Shown here piece after piece: positions 45,313 through 62,809 of a stretch of 64,000 nucleotides of DNA (its first letter is position 1; every line of letters starts with the position of its first letter). Below the pieces are notes generated by a model, which made no database searches, was not told where the DNA came from, and was given only the letters and a program-made list of their open reading frames with translations. This DNA comes from the human T2T-CHM13v2.0 reference genome, Homo sapiens. Location: the NCBI RefSeq assembly GCF_009914755.1, contig NC_060929.1. The stretch is one strand, 5' to 3'. The position numbers were made by a program, and so were the translations under genes.

Positions 45313-46649
45313 TGCAATGAAGTACATCATTTTGCTCTTCGGCAAATGAAGAAGTGGTAACTTCTTTACATTTGTTTGTATTCTTTCATGTGGAGATTTT
45401 AGCTAGGAGTCAATTTGAAGGATAATCGTTATGTGTAACTTCTCCATTTTTTTCCTTTTTTGTTAATACAATTTTTAAATTGTTTCCCTAAGATTTTAAA
45501 ATAAACTAACTGGAGTCATCTTTTCTAAAGTGAGACCAAAGAAATCAGTGTCAATGTCTACCAGTTTTTGAAATTGTAGAATTATTTTTTAAGGTGAGAT
45601 GTTTAGAAATCTCCTAACAAAGAAATTAAAAATAGCCTAAAGATATAGGAAAACTCATCTGAAAAATAAAGTTTTGCTGAAGAAGATATAAGTGTCCTCT
45701 AAATTATATTAAAACAACAACATAAACAATTCATGAGTCAGTATTGTTGAAGCACTGACAGCCACAGCCCATAAAACTCTATGAATTTTTTACAGCACCA
45801 GGTGTGAACATTATGAGGTAGAAAACAGCTTCATTTAGAATTCACAATGTGCTGTTAAATAAACCAATAAAAAATCAACCTACTGTCTTTGCTATATTTG
45901 CTTTGGGTAACACTTTTCTTTTCTTTATTAAAATTATTTCTTCATCTCTAATGCTGTATATAATTCTTCTACATTAATGGTAACATGTGGTTGCTAATAT
46001 CCCAGTGATTGAAGCAATGAGTTTCTAACGGCAAGTTCAGTTATAGACACTCTGAATTTTGGCCCAACCACCCATGACTTCCCTTTTAGGATCATTAGTT
46101 AGAACACAGTTGGCTTTAATTAATTATCCATATTCTTGGAGCTTCTAACCCTTTGTAGAGACGTTTTCATCTGTAACTTGTACCCAGAGTCCCTGTAGAA
46201 GAGAAAAGCAGCATATGGGAGATTGTCATGGCTGGGTTCTTGGGATACCACATCAGATCCCCTAGAGAGTGATTCTCAAATGTTTTCAAGTGCTAAGTCA
46301 TTTGAAAGATACTGACATCTAGATAGAAAGTCATAAAAGAACTAAATATTAAACATATAATAAAAATATTGAATATTTATGTATGTATGGATTTGTGTTT
46401 ATAGCACGTATATGTTTCTTATATATAATTATCTATCTATTGCCAGACTCTAATGTAGATAAGTGAAAATGTGAGAAAAAATATATTAGGATAAAATGTA
46501 CATTTGAGAAGATTCTTGTATAAACCTTTCTCCCATTTATTGAATGAAGGCCATTTATGTAATTTGTACAATCATAAAATCTTGGTGTTCTGACAAAGAA
46601 CAATTTGAGAAGCTTCCATGAGGTGTTAGTTAGTTAATTAACTTATCAA

Positions 46650-47340
46650 TATTGAGATCTACATTTGCATATTCAACAGCTTATTTGGTGGTTTCACTTA
46701 GAAGTTTAAAAGGCATCTAAAATTAAATGTGGACACAAAACACGTCAAAACAAAAACACCTTCTGATACCATACACACAGACCAACCCTTTCTCTACTCA
46801 TGCCATTTCATAAATGATACAATACGCCCAGTTACTCAAACCAAAAACCCTTGCATGAGCCTTGGTTGCTTTCTTTCTGTCATCTCATATATCCATCCAG
46901 AACATTACTTCCGTAACATGAAACCAACCTCTCTCCATCTCCTCTACTGATACCCTAGTTCAACCTACTTGAAGCTTCCTAATGGCCCTCCCAACTTTAT
47001 GCTCTTCTTTTGTTTTGTTTTTCATTATTTTGTTTTTTCCCATTGTTTTCATGCTCCTTTAATGCCTATTCTTCATGCATCGTTAGAGTAAGCTTTAAAA
47101 ATCATCAATCAGATCATATCTCTCCTGTTTGAAACCTCTGATGCCTTCCCACTTCACTTAAAATAATGAAATGTACTAATGCTTACAATACCCAATATGA
47201 TTGATTCCTAGTCTGTCTCATCCCCTACCATCTCCCCTTTGTTATCTCTTCTCAAGCTGCACTGGCTTTCCTTCTATCACTTGAAGACACCAAACTCATG
47301 CTCGGAACATATTTCATAATAATTATTTTTGAAATGAGTG
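46650..47340 (+). mobile_element. L2 fragment
   Basis: cccagttactcaaaccaaaaaccctt, aatcagatcatatctctcctgtttgaaacctct. Confidence 0.65.
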
Positions 47341-47799
47341 AAGTACTTTTTGATCTGGAGGACACCAAGATGATGAGCACATAGATTTTGTTCTCAAGAA
47401 ACTTAACAGCCTAGTAGAAAGAGATGCACTAGTAAGAAACAAGGACAATATTCTGGGAGCTATGAGAAAACTATACATGGGTTATAGAGCTACAAATAGG
47501 AATGATAATTTTACTTGTGAGAAGTCTGCTGAATTAGCTTTCAAAAAGCTAACTTGGTGGATATTTGCCAGGAGAGCTCAGACTGGGGAGGGCAGTGGAG
47601 GCAGGTGTCATGTTTCACATAGGACTGAAATCACATAGTGAGTAAGGAGACACACAAATCCTTCCGCCTGGCTTGATCAAAGCGTTACATTTAAATAAGG
47701 ACCTTGTGTTCCATTTTATTATAAACAATATAGAAATGAAGAAAGATACTCTGTGGGCCAAGCAGCAGGGTCACCAGATTAAAAATATATTTCTTATAC

Positions 47800-48800
47800 C
47801 TAGTCTAGCATTCGTTTGTTCCCTGAATGGATATTTACACATTTACTTAGCTTCTACACTTTATACATGGCACTGCTGTAACTTGGAGATAGAAGACTGA
47901 GCGCAACAGACTAAGTCCCTGCTCTCATAGACTTTACAGTCTAGTGTGGGAATCGGATCAAAAACAAACAAATACTTATTTACTATTTCAGGCAGTGGTA
48001 AGGGCTGAGAAGAAACAAGACGGAGTGAAGGGAAAGAGAATGGTTGGGGAGGGGAATTGCTGTTTTACTTGGAGTGGGCCGGAAAGGGCTCTCTGATGAG
48101 GCAAAATTTGAATAGAAACCTGAATAGTCTGAGGAAGAACGATGCAGCTTTCTGGGGAACCAGCATCCTTGACCACTGAAATGGCAATGGCAGAAGTCCT
48201 GACACACACATGAGCCTGAGTAACTAGAGGAAGAGCAAAGAGGCAAGTACCCCTGAAGCCAAGTGAACCAGTTAGGAGAGGGACAAAATCCTAGGTCAAA
48301 GTCCCAGCCTGTGCAAGATTATGTAAAGCATGGTAGAACCTTTGCTTTCATTGAGAGTAAGATGGGAGCTACTGGAAGTTTTTGAGTAGAGGGAAGATAC
48401 CGTATGACTTATGTTATAAAAGAACGGTTCCATAGAGTATAGAATGGAGTGCAAGAAGGGAACTTGGGGGATGAATTAGTCATAGGAGTCCAGGTAACAG
48501 AAGATTGTGTCTAGGCCCAGGGAAGTACAAATGGAGATAATGAGAAGTGGTTTGAAGTGGGTTTTATTTTCAGGGGAGAGAATTCAAGATTGCTTGTGTG
48601 TTGGGAATGGGAAAAAGAGAAATCAAGGAATGGCTCCTAGTGTTTTTGTTTAGTTGTTTTGTTAGAACAAATGGCTGGATGGTTGTGCCATTTTCTTACA
48701 CAGTGAGACAGATTTGGAGTTGAAGGGAAAAATTTCTGTTTTAGTCATATTAAGTTCGTGATGCCTATTAGATAGGCAAATAGATACATTCTGACTAGAG
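47800..48800 (-). mobile_element. L2a fragment
   Basis: gtccctgctctcatagactttacagtctagtg, gaaagggctctctgatgagg, gatgggagctactggaagtttttgagtagag, tgatgcctattaga. Confidence 0.8.
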
Positions 48801-51800
48801 GTAGGGAGTCATTTTGGTGGAGTTCAAATGACTAAGATTTCCAAGTGCAGAACTTTGATTTTAATACTTCAGCCTGAGTTAACAAGATTTAAGCATTTAG
48901 GCATATATTCACCCAGGTCATAACAATAGATTTAAAACAAAAGCTGACGTTTTATTGGTTTTCAGTGAGGAGTATACAAGTCTAGTGGTGGGACTTCCCC
49001 AGGTCATTCATTTTTTTCAGTTAGCAATGGTGACTGAATTAGCAATTGGGTAGCTACACATTAAACCTGGAAAGTGATAAAAAGGCATCTTGTGATTTTG
49101 TGAGGGTTCTCATCAAGAAAAGCATGAATGATCAGTCATGCTTTAGTACCAAATATTCTATACTTCCCTCTGTTCAGCGTATTACATTTTGAATACATAC
49201 CATATCCTTGGCTTGTGCCAACACAGATTGACTTTGGGTCAGAAGAGATATAATTCATAACTATTCCTGTATAAGTCACATTTCAATCCCATCATTAAGT
49301 TCATAACCCTGTCCTTGATAAACCTTTGGTAAATCCTTCAGGATCAATAATCATAACAATAAAAAAGAGTAAATTAAGACATCTAAGGACATTTATTCTA
49401 TTTAAATTTGACCAATCATTCATATTCAAAAGAGTGTTCTAGCTAGACTTCCCAATGTAAAATTCAGTATGCTTTTCTCAATGTATCTACTTTTATATTT
49501 ATTCATTTAGGCTAATGAAACTAACAAACTAGAAAAAATTCAAACGTGAATAATCTTCTATGGCTTAGATACTAAGGAGATTTTAAACTCACAGTAATGC
49601 ATACACACAAAATCATAATGTAACTAGAATGTGATTTTGAGTGAATTTAAGTCAAATTTTTAATTTAAACTAACATCTTAATATAGTAAATTTACTAGCT
49701 AAATATCTTTTCATTTTGTCTAAATTATTGTCTTCTAAATTAAAAAGAGAAATTGAAGATGATTTCTAAAAATAAAACCATAATAGATGTGGCCTTGGAA
49801 TTTTATCCTTTTCTATTTAATGAATAAAATTAACGTTCTGTAAGGGCAATTTATCTGAAACTACTGTATTCATTATGTTAAATTGTCTCTAATTATTATT
49901 TTCAGTCCATTTGGCACAAATAGACCAAGTTCAAAATTATAATCCTCATGAAATTTATGGTGTTTGATAAACAGAAAGTTATAACTTTATGTATATAATC
50001 ATGATGTCAAATAAGCAAGCGATTGAGTGGAACTCAATGAGGCTAGTGCTTTCTAGTAGCTGGAATGGTGAAAAGGAATTCAGTAGATGTGCATTTTATT
50101 TCCACCTGGCCTCCTTTTGTGACACACAGAACCGCTCTCCTAAATGGGAATGAGCCCTGCTGCTTTACTCATATAACTACCAAGATTAGATTCAGTTTTG
50201 AACTCATTAGCTGAAAGGAGGCACTTTATTGTGGTAGGATAATACAGTTGTGTTCAGAACTGGAAAAAAATACAGCCAATGATACAGATATGTTTTGGTA
50301 ATGATTGGTCCCATTAGTAACTCTAGCCACTACTGAACTTTCAGAGAAGAAAATAAATATTCTCATTGACTATATAAAAGCTCTGGTTTGTACCCTGGGT
50401 TCACACTTGATTTCATTCTTTTTCTAAGAAGTTGTGAGTCACTCACATTGACAGTGGGACCAAGGAATCTAATAAAATGGACCTCCAGAAGAGGCCTTGC
50501 CTTCTCAGTACTGAAGAGGATCCCAGCTCTCAGAAAGATCTTTTTATAATGGGAGCTGGCCCAACAAATGCTTTCTGCCCTAGGGGCCTGTCTTACAAAT
50601 AGCGATTCAAAAGAAGTACAAGGAGGGGAAAGAAATGTGGTTAGGTTCAAGGGAGGTTATGTTTAGTTAAAAAAAAAAAAAAAGGCTGGTTTAAGAATTT
50701 CCTTAAAGGCTCTAGAATCTCAAAATGCTGTAATCAAAAGCAATTGCAAAAATTTACTTTGACATTTGTTTTACATTTTGTAATCTTGTGGAAATCACAT
50801 TTCAACCTTTTACGATTTTTTTATTGAACACACTTTTAAAAAGTCTTTTGGGAATGCATGCATTAAAGATATATTTCTATAGTCAGAAACTTAGAAGGTA
50901 TATGCATATTTTGTTCAAATTAGTTTGAAATCTTTTGTTCTAAATCACTAAATCATTCTGAAACTAGAAAACATGCATTGTTTACAATTTCTTACAAAGA
51001 ATTTGAATACATATATATATACTAAATACACATCGATAGCTGAATTCTAGAAGTGATGTAAATATGAGACCATATAGAATTCCATTCCAAACATTCTATC
51101 TTATCCCCCAGTACAGCTGGAAATGCTGGTATTTTAAACCAGTCAGTCCCCATCTAACACAATTCCACAGTCACTTTGCAAGCCAGACATAGTCTACTAA
51201 TTACATTTAAATAGTATTACTCTCTGCTCATATCCTGGTTGTAGATTCTGAAGATTTTTACCTTTTCCTTTGCAAAGCTCCATTCTAGGGCTGTCAGATT
51301 TTAGGGCACTCTCAGGACTCTGTTTGTAACTTAACACTTCTTGTGAAATCATTTCACTGGAGTGATTGTTTTATCTCCCCAATGATCCTAAGCCTGGCCC
51401 TGATCTCAGGAACATTTGTGAATGCCACCTTGCCCTTGCCCACCTGTTTTAAGTTTCTCCTCCTCCCTTTATCTAGCTTTTCCACACAACAAGACAATCC
51501 AAAGTGTGTGTCATTTAGGTGTCACCAGGTCTGTGAGACGTGAAAAGCTCTGCCAGTTAACATAAAACAGAATCCCGGTGGTTTCATGGAATCACATTTC
51601 CCTACTGCAAAGAAAGTTGAGAAGAGGGGCAAGGTAGCTTTAGGGAGTTTGAATGAGGACACTTTGTCCATGAATGGAAACTCTACATTCTTTGTTATTT
51701 TAACAGGCTGTGTCTGTTCTCCTTGAAAGAAATTGTATGAGAGAAGATTGGATTAAGTAGTTTTTATTTTATTTCAAAGCACTTGTACACTTTTCCAAAG

Positions 51801-53906
51801 ATCAACTTACTTAGCCAGGTAATAAGCTCTTGTTTTACAATAATACTAGTGTATATTATATCATTCTAGCTTACTACAAAATACAGAATTAGAGTTGGGA
51901 AACAAAACATTTGTTTCTTTGGTGAATGAGGCATATATCATTACCTATTCACTCTGCCAGATATAACTTCAGCCTTTTAAACTATTCAAAGAAATACCCA
52001 ACTAGTTAATCTGCTTTAGGAAGAAAATAGTTTGCACCTATTCAAACTCCTTTAAAAAAATTTAGGCTTTTGCAGTCCAAAGGAGGTCTAAGTTTATATA
52101 TTGTTTTTGCATTTGTATCTTTTGAAAAGTTCAAAAATGTATTTGCATATTTCTCAATTCCATTTTTATACTTTTTATAAGATTACAGTATCATGGGGAA
52201 TGAATTAGTTAATTAGATCAAATATTTATTTGGCTGTCTCATTACATAGATACCAGAGTATGCAGATTGTCAGATTGTAAATAAACTCAGATCGTAATAT
52301 AGTTTACTTCTTTTACTGAAGACTATCCAAGCAGATGATGATTATCTATTTGTTTTTCAAAAGTTGTTAATGTCACTCATTTAGTTTATTTATATATCTT
52401 TATATTTAGAAAGGCCTCTGTTATTATGAATTTTCTTAGATGTGGACATTTGAAGACATATTTTTCTAATTTCTGTTTAATTCATTACTGTACTACTTGA
52501 ATCTTCCTTTCTTGCTCACAGATTGGCCAATTCTTTGATCATTTGCTTTATTTTTACTGCCTTGTATAATAGTTTCATTGCAGAGAAAGAATGAGATAAT
52601 TTGCATAGCTTTTACTAAGTGGTTTTTTTTTTCAAAAGAGATCTATATATTTCTGGTTAATGTCATTATTATTAAATTCTATTAACTTGTTTACTAATGC
52701 TACACACTCCATGGATTCCTATTCTACTGTGGTCGCTTTGGCTTTGTTTACAAAACAACCACAGAAAAACTTGTGGGTGATCTTAGCAGATACATGAGTT
52801 AACCACTTAACTTCCATTTCCACTAAATGCTTCAGGTTCAGTGATTATTTCAGTCAGAAGTGATGCTTTTCAGACGTGTTACTACAGGTGAATTGACTGA
52901 ACCAAGCATCTGTTCAACTTTTATGCACGTTGTCGGCTACATGACCAAGAGATTTAACATCCCATCTGAGTCAAAAATGGTAACAATGTGTTGACTTTTC
53001 CTAAATGAAAATAGTTATTGGTACTAAAATGTCTCATCATCCCAAATTGTTCTTTGAGTCTTCAGAAAATTTGAGGTATTATAGGATTTTGAGAAATGCT
53101 GCCAGTCACAGGTCCAAACAGCTTGATCTCACCCTCAGGAAACTACATTTCCCTGTTTGGATCTATAAAAAAAAGGTAACTTTTATTTTTTATGTGCTGA
53201 AATGACTTTGCGCATCTTTTTATATATTTTTCAGAATTCAAGAGAAAAAACTGGAGAAATGATATAACATAGGATAAGGTGTGAACTCTCCAAAGTTCTG
53301 CATCAAGGCTTATATAAACTGCATGTGATTTTATTGTTGTTGTGGTTGTTATTGGGCATTCAGGGGACATGCAAGGGCATACACATTACCACACCGACAG
53401 AAAAGTTTTCTTGGGGAGCTTCATCCTTGAAATCAATCAACGGTCCCCCACTGGAGTTAGTAATTAAAAAGTAATTTAATCCAGTGTTTCCTATACTTAG
53501 ATTGTAAACGAACTTATAGGAATGAAAAGAGAGGAGGTAGAGAAACAAGGTGAGAGCGAGATGTAAGGAAGGAAAGAAAGAGAAAGGAGGAAGCAATAAA
53601 TAGTGATGGAAGTTAGTGTGAAAAAATTAACCAAACATTTCTTGGCATTTGTCTTACCAGTTAGTAGTAAGTTAATTAAAAACAAACAAAAACAAATTCT
53701 ATATAAATCTCCCAAATTTGGTGAGGATGATTGCAAAGATGAGTGGATAAATGAGAATGCTCCTCAGCAGTGAGAATGTTATTGGGAATAGATTAGAAGC
53801 TTCAGAAACTGACAGAAATAATAAAGAAGAATATAACAAAATAACCCGAAGGGATCTGATATCATTCCGGGACAATGAAAGAGAAGGTAGAGGAAAGCTT
53901 TGTGTC

Positions 53907-53933
53907 GAGAGTGTTGAGAGTGTTGAGAGTGTT
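53907..53933. repeat. 9-bp tandem repeat x3 (GAGAGTGTT)
   Basis: gagagtgtt gagagtgtt gagagtgtt. Confidence 0.9.
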
Positions 53934-54424
53934 CAAGGATGTAGCTCATGATAACAGAAGAAGAGACAATCATGGTGAAGTGTAGAGTTCACTGCCAACA
54001 GGTTTTCCCTTTTGTGAATGTGTTACATCATGAAACAAGTGAATTTAAACAGCAAGTACCTGGTCAAATTTGGTGAAAATTATGATGTTTTTAAAGTAAC
54101 ACTCTAGGGACAGGACTCAGACTGAAACATCAATTTCAGGTAAAATTAGGTCAGATTTCTGGGGCAGGCCTTCTCAAATAATTAATAATGTTTTATCTGA
54201 GTTATTTAAATTCCAGAATGATAATGATGAAAAAAATCAAAGATTTAATTTTTAATAATTTTGTGTAAATTATACTTTTAAAAACCCAAAATATGATTGA
54301 AAGAGAATCACACACATTTGGCTTGATATTATTATAAAATACCATACAAAGGCAACAAATTAGGGCAATTATAATTTTAAAATAAGAAGTTTAGCAAATA
54401 TCAGATGGACGAAGGCTTCTTTTT

Positions 54425-55030
54425 TGCCTTTTTTCTTTCTTAAGAACATTTTCAGGTTCATAGCAAATTAAGTAAAAGTAGAGTTCCCATACTCCCCTTC
54501 CTGCACACATGCACAGCCTCCCCAACTAGCAATGAGCCAATATTGACTCATCATTATCACCCAAAGTCCATAGCTTACATTTGAGTTCACTCACTCTTGG
54601 TATTGTACGTCGTATGGGTTTTGCCAAATGCATAGTAACATGTTTCCACCATTATAGTGTCATACACAGTAGTTCCATTGTCCTAAAAATCCTCTGTGTT
54701 CTGCTTATTTGTCCTTCCTGCCCCACTAATCCTTGACAATCACTGATCTTTTTACTGTCTCCAGTTTTACCTTTTCCAGAATGTCATATAGTTGAAATAA
54801 TACAGTATGTAGCCTTTTTGAACTGGCTTATTTCTTTTAGTAATATGCATTTAAGTTTCTTTCATGCCTTTTCATGGCTTGACAACTTATTTCTTTTCAG
54901 TGCTGAATAATATTCCATTTCTTGGATATGCCACAGTTTACTTATCCATTCACCTACTAAAGGACATCTTGGTTGCTTCCAAGTTTTGGCAATTATGAGT
55001 AAAACTGCTATAAACATTCATTTATAAGTG
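54425..55030 (-). mobile_element. L1MC-type 3'UTR fragment
   Basis: catcattatcacccaaagtccatag, cttttccagaatgtcatatagttg, cacctactaaaggacatcttggttgcttccaagttttggcaattatga. Confidence 0.85.
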
Positions 55031-55229
55031 CAGAGTCCTTTCTTTTTAAAAATTCCAATGGTTGCAAATAAATGAATTTAATGGAATTTAAAAAAATTAG
55101 TGAAAAAAATCTTATGCAAAGCCTTCACACCATCTATTGGTAGGAAATAAGTCATTTCAAATTCCTTTATATCAGTTTTGATATGATTTTTATTATGTTA
55201 TAGAACATAGATTAAGTATTTTTTTAATA

Positions 55230-55900
55230 TTGGGAAGCAACATGGAAAGATTGAGTTTTAATCTTGTTTCCAGCACCCCAGCATCTAAAAGCTCTTGGAT
55301 TTTGGATGAGCAATTAACTACTTTTCTCATCTGTAAAGTGGGGAATGATAACCACAAACACTTACATAGGAAGCACACAGTTCTTAAAGCTGAACACACA
55401 CACAGACAGGCACACACTCATTTATTTCTTACATCAGATATATAAGTAAGGATTTATCATTATCATTTTATAAGTGAGGAAGTAGAGGCATAGAGAGGTT
55501 GAATGTGTTGTTTAATACCACAGTTTGGATTATGAGTTTATGATCTAAGCCATTATTATACTGCTTCTGGCATGCTTACATGTTAGGAATAATGTGAAAA
55601 TTAAATGAGATAATTCATATAATGAGGTTAGAATAATTTAGGACATGTAATCCGATCTCAATAAAGGTTAAACATGATTACAATTATGTGCATGGCATAT
55701 AAAGAGTTTCAAATTGGTTATATCTTTTACTCTTCCACAGAACTTTGTCAGGTAGTTATTTTAACAATGGGGAAATTAAAACTAAGGTAAATTAAGTGAA
55801 TTATCCTTGGTCACATGGCAGAAGTGTGGCTGACTCAGGACTGAAATCTCTTTGGACTTCAAATATTTTAATTCTAGCCCCTGATCTTCATAACTGCTTG
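55230..55900. mobile_element. Cluster of MIR fragments in both orientations
   Basis: ttttctcatctgtaaagtggggaatgataa (+); attttataagtgaggaagtagaggcatagagaggtt (-); attaagtgaattatccttggtcacatgg (-). Confidence 0.65.
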
Positions 55901-56343
55901 AGGTTATAGCTGTAGATGTACTAATAAGTAGCTTTCTCTTGCTATCATTCCTTTTTTACTTTGCTAAGACTAAGACAAAGTTTGGCAGAAACAAGCAGAA
56001 ATCCCGTTGGCTAATATATCAAAATATTAATCTGCAACAGTATTTGAACTACTTTTCTAAGAAAAAAATACATGAAAGGCTTGAAAAAGAAAGAGGAGAT
56101 GTCTAACCTATTAGGTTCTTATCAGTGAGAATGCCAACATTTTCTTGTAACATATTTCTACTTGGAAACCAAAATAATTGCCTGAATAGCTTCAATATGG
56201 CAGCGCTTATGAGCCAAACATATTCTCTTCATTCAAATTTTGTCTTGAAAGATTTTTGATAAATAACATGCTGTTTATCTGTGTGGTGAGGCTGTACATT
56301 TCTTAAAGGTAAAGAACGCACAGTCTGCTTTCATCTTCTATAA

Positions 56344-56683
<340 letters not shown>

Positions 56684-57559
56684 AGATATATGTAAGTTCT
56701 TGAAAATATTTTGCATATTTTCTCCTATGGTGTCCACCAATAGAATGACTACAAAAGGAGGGACAGCTGGGGAGCTACTAATGAACAACATTTCCCAAAT
56801 CTACCGATTTCTTTCAATTAATAGATTTTTCATGCCAATATAAGTAAGTCTCAAACAGTTTTATTGCCAAATAAAAAATTATTGAGATAGATTATAAAGA
56901 AAAAAGATCACTGAAGAAACAATGGACTCACAATCCTTGCCAGGCTGAAAGTAAATTTAATAGAACCAAATGAGAGCTGATTTAACTTGTATTTTCTGAT
57001 TGATTGTATGATTCATTCAATTTGTAGTAGAAAATGAGCCTGTTTAGATCGCTTTAAGACCAAAAACATAATGCAAAGTATAACTCATCAAATTTTGTAT
57101 TTAGTGGAACAGAAAACCCAATTAAATACCTAAAAGCCTAACTTGAAATGACTATATTGGTGGTGCAGCTGAGAAATTAGAGTAGGCCTTGAAACATAAG
57201 AATAAATATAAAAGATGACAATATACTTCTGCCTTAGTGCACCAAGGAGGAGGAGGCATAAGCATATCTTCCCTAGTGGGGAGAAATATTTTATTACTAA
57301 CATTGTTTAATATTACTAGCACATGGTATTAATAAAAGACAGATTTTGTGCTTAGATGATTATTTTAAAATTCTCCATGGGTACAGAAAATGCAACCCCT
57401 TAATGTATAGATCCCAGGTAGCCTGCTTCCATCTCTCCCCTTTTGCTACACCACTGTCTTTTGGTCATCCAGTATCTGGAGTATGTGTTTTCTTAAATGA
57501 ATGCCTTGTCAACCCACAAAATTGTTTCAACCATTGATCCAGCAACTTCTTCCCTTTCT

Positions 57560-58150
57560 TCCTAGTCCATCACTCTCTCTCTCCTCACCATGCTTGACTT
57601 CTCTTCATACCATTTGTCACTACTTGGAATTATAGAGTATTTTTTTTATTTATTTGCTCACTATCTAGCTGCCACAGGGTGATGTAAGCTCCATGGCACA
57701 GATCCCATTTATTTCCCCCACTGCCTGATGCACTGATTTCTCAGTGCTAGAGCAGGGCACAGCACACAGCAGGTGCTCAGTCAATATGCATGGAATGAGC
57801 CAGTCAGCCATTTTGACTGAATTCACATGTAGTTAGGCACAGGGCTGACTTATACCCTAGGTAAGATAGTAAAGAAGGATTTGCTATTTTTGGTACTCCT
57901 TTCATCATTAAATCTTCTTAGAAACATATTTGAACACCCACTATACTAAGCTGCTGCTGTAGATCCTGGGAATATGAAGATAAATACAAATCAGACTTAG
58001 TCCTACTCATTGGCCCAAAGGAGGTCACAATTCAATAGGGAGAACAGACACCTGTAAACAACTAATTATAAAGCACAGTAGTACATGCTATGATAATAGT
58101 GAATATAAAGCCTATGGTAGCCAGAAGAAAGGAGTAGTTGATTCCCCTTG
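57560..58150. mobile_element. Two L2 3' fragments, tail-to-tail (+ ~57560-57800; - ~57900-58150)
   Basis: gcacacagcaggtgctcagtcaatatgcatggaatga; tttgaacacccactatact..cctgggaatatgaagataaata. Confidence 0.6.
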
Positions 58151-58164
58151 AGGTAGAAATACCA

Positions 58165-60244
<2,080 letters not shown>

Positions 60245-61094
60245 AGAAATACCAAAATCATGTAATTAAACTGGATTTTGAAGGGTAAAAATTACTTTGC
60301 CTGTTGCAAGGAGAAGGATGATCTGTTTCTGTATTGACAATTTAAGGAGAAAATAACTAGACAACTTCTTTCATTTCAAGGCTTTACTTAACTCAGAAGC
60401 AATGTTTGCTTGCAAAAGAGGACATTTGACGGTGAGATTGTGTAAGCCACAGAATCACCAAATAATGGATACCCAGACAATGTAGGAGGCAACATTTTTA
60501 TTCTGGGAGAGTCTTCTGGTACCTCTCAAATCATACTCTTAGGTCATCACTTGTCTTATAGATGCAAAAGTCTGAGCCAGGTTAGGATTCTCTAATTGAG
60601 CCATTCCAATAAAAAGAAGACATGGGGTAATTTTTACTAAATAAATAATGTACTTCTAATACTTGGAAAAAGCTAATGAACACAGAATTGTTTTGAAATG
60701 TATGGGTTTAGTTTTTGATAAAGAAATCACCTCAGTATCCCAATAGAGTTATAAAACACAAGTACTAGAAAATGTCAATGCAAGTTGTAAAAAATTAGGT
60801 AGGACTGGAAATAACATATGTAATCCTGGTTTGTAGGATTTCCATTTCAGGGAAATACCTATTAAGATTACTACACCTTGGGTCACTGATACCATTTTTC
60901 CCGTAACTTAACTCTATATCAAGATCTCAGAATGCAATGCAGGCACCATTCTCACCAGCACAGCTCTGCCCCACAGCTCTCTAATAAGTGGTGGTGGTCA
61001 GAGTAGCTCAGTAATGATCTAAAGATGACAGTTGCTATTCTTCTTTAGAGAAAGTGAGGTTTTTCTCTCACTTTAATTTTTTTTTGAATTAGGT

Positions 61095-61225
61095 TTGTTA
61101 TTTGTTTTTAAATATTTAAATGACAAAATTTATATATACTTATATTGTCCAACCTGATGTTATAAAATATATACATCATGGACTAGCTAAGTCAAGCTAA
61201 TTAACATTGACTTATTTCTTATTTC
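61095..61225 (-). mobile_element. L1MA 3'-end fragment
   Basis: tgacaaaatttatatatacttat..tgatgttataaaatatatacat..gctaagtcaagctaattaacat. Confidence 0.65.
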
Positions 61226-62283
61226 TCTTTCCATCTATGGGATTCCAAGTAAGTGAACACAAAACATTGACAGAGAGAACTACCAGGATAAAGTACTCAT
61301 TTTCACCCTTCTTTTATGATTTTCTCTCTGTTTCGTTCTCCTCTCCTGACTGTCCATAGCCTATCTGATTGTTGCTCGAGGCAAACCTCACACATCTAAT
61401 TCAAACCAGCCCTTGGCAAGTGAAATCACTACTTAGATATATCTCTGAACTGCTGACATTGGCAGAGTCTATACTGTGGTTATGCCTATAGAGATGTTAG
61501 TTTTTACTCTCTGCTTGCTTTCTCATCCTCAAATTCAAACTTACTAAGAATTTGTGATTCTTGCTATAAAAGAATTGCTCTGTTGATGTACAAGGGTGTA
61601 AATAGCTTTTAAACTTGTAATTCTATCCAGTATGTTTCGAGATACTATTCAATGAATGTGTTTTTGTTCATGGAAAATACAAATATTTGCCAATCTAGCT
61701 TTACGCAGCAAAGAAAAACCTTTATTCAAAAACTATTATTTTATTTGTTAGGCTTCAGGTGTATACTTCTGGGCCACAGCTGGTTTTAAAGCTTTTCAGA
61801 CGGCCATGTCTCAGAAAATAGACATTACCATCAAATTTCCATTAAATTAGGAGTGAAATTTTATTCACTTCAGCACCCCTTCCCTTTTTGGGATTGATTT
61901 TATTTTTGTTCAGGTGCAAATGTCTCTGCATGGCTGTCTGGAGCATCCTTCAAAGAGTGTGGCAGAAAATAAAAATATTTTCCTCTTCAGTTAAAGCATC
62001 AAAAGAAAAAGGAAAAATAAAGTCTTGCCTTTTCTGCTTCCTGAGCATGCAAGTAGCAGTTCCACATTGTCCCCTCATGAGAGTCTGGCCCCAAACATCA
62101 CACCGCAGGCTGACTGCCAACCCATTTTGTGTAGAATTGGCAGGAGTTCACTTTGGCAAAGGAATGATCTGTTTCTTTCTCAACCTAAGGCTTTTACAAG
62201 CTTCATGTTGCATCTGCTCTGTCCAATAGGTTGCCATTATTCTGCCCTGACCACCACCGCATTCTGATTTACTTAGTGTGTGA

Positions 62284-62586
<303 letters not shown>

Positions 62587-62809
62587 ACTGGCTGTTCTTG
62601 AGTGTCCATTGCCTCTCCTAAATCTGTGTAGTCTGCTTACAAACATTCGAAGTGAACACAGATCTGAGAGTTGGGTCAGTCTTGTCAGAATATGATAGAA
62701 AACTTAAAAAAAACTCATATTTTCTTATTTTGGTAATATCTTATTTAACAAGTTTTGTTTGAAACGAAGGACATTTATACTAATCTCATTGCTTCCTTGA
62801 GATATTCCT

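Noticed and set aside
51565-51640. 63-nt AG...GT segment reading WFHGI (SH2-like) in one frame
   Set aside because: No pyrimidine tract, weak donor, and a stop in that frame.
61888-62267. 113-aa and 80-aa ORFs, with an acceptor-like tttgttcAG near 61913
   Set aside because: Non-ATG starts and no recognisable domain; expected by chance.
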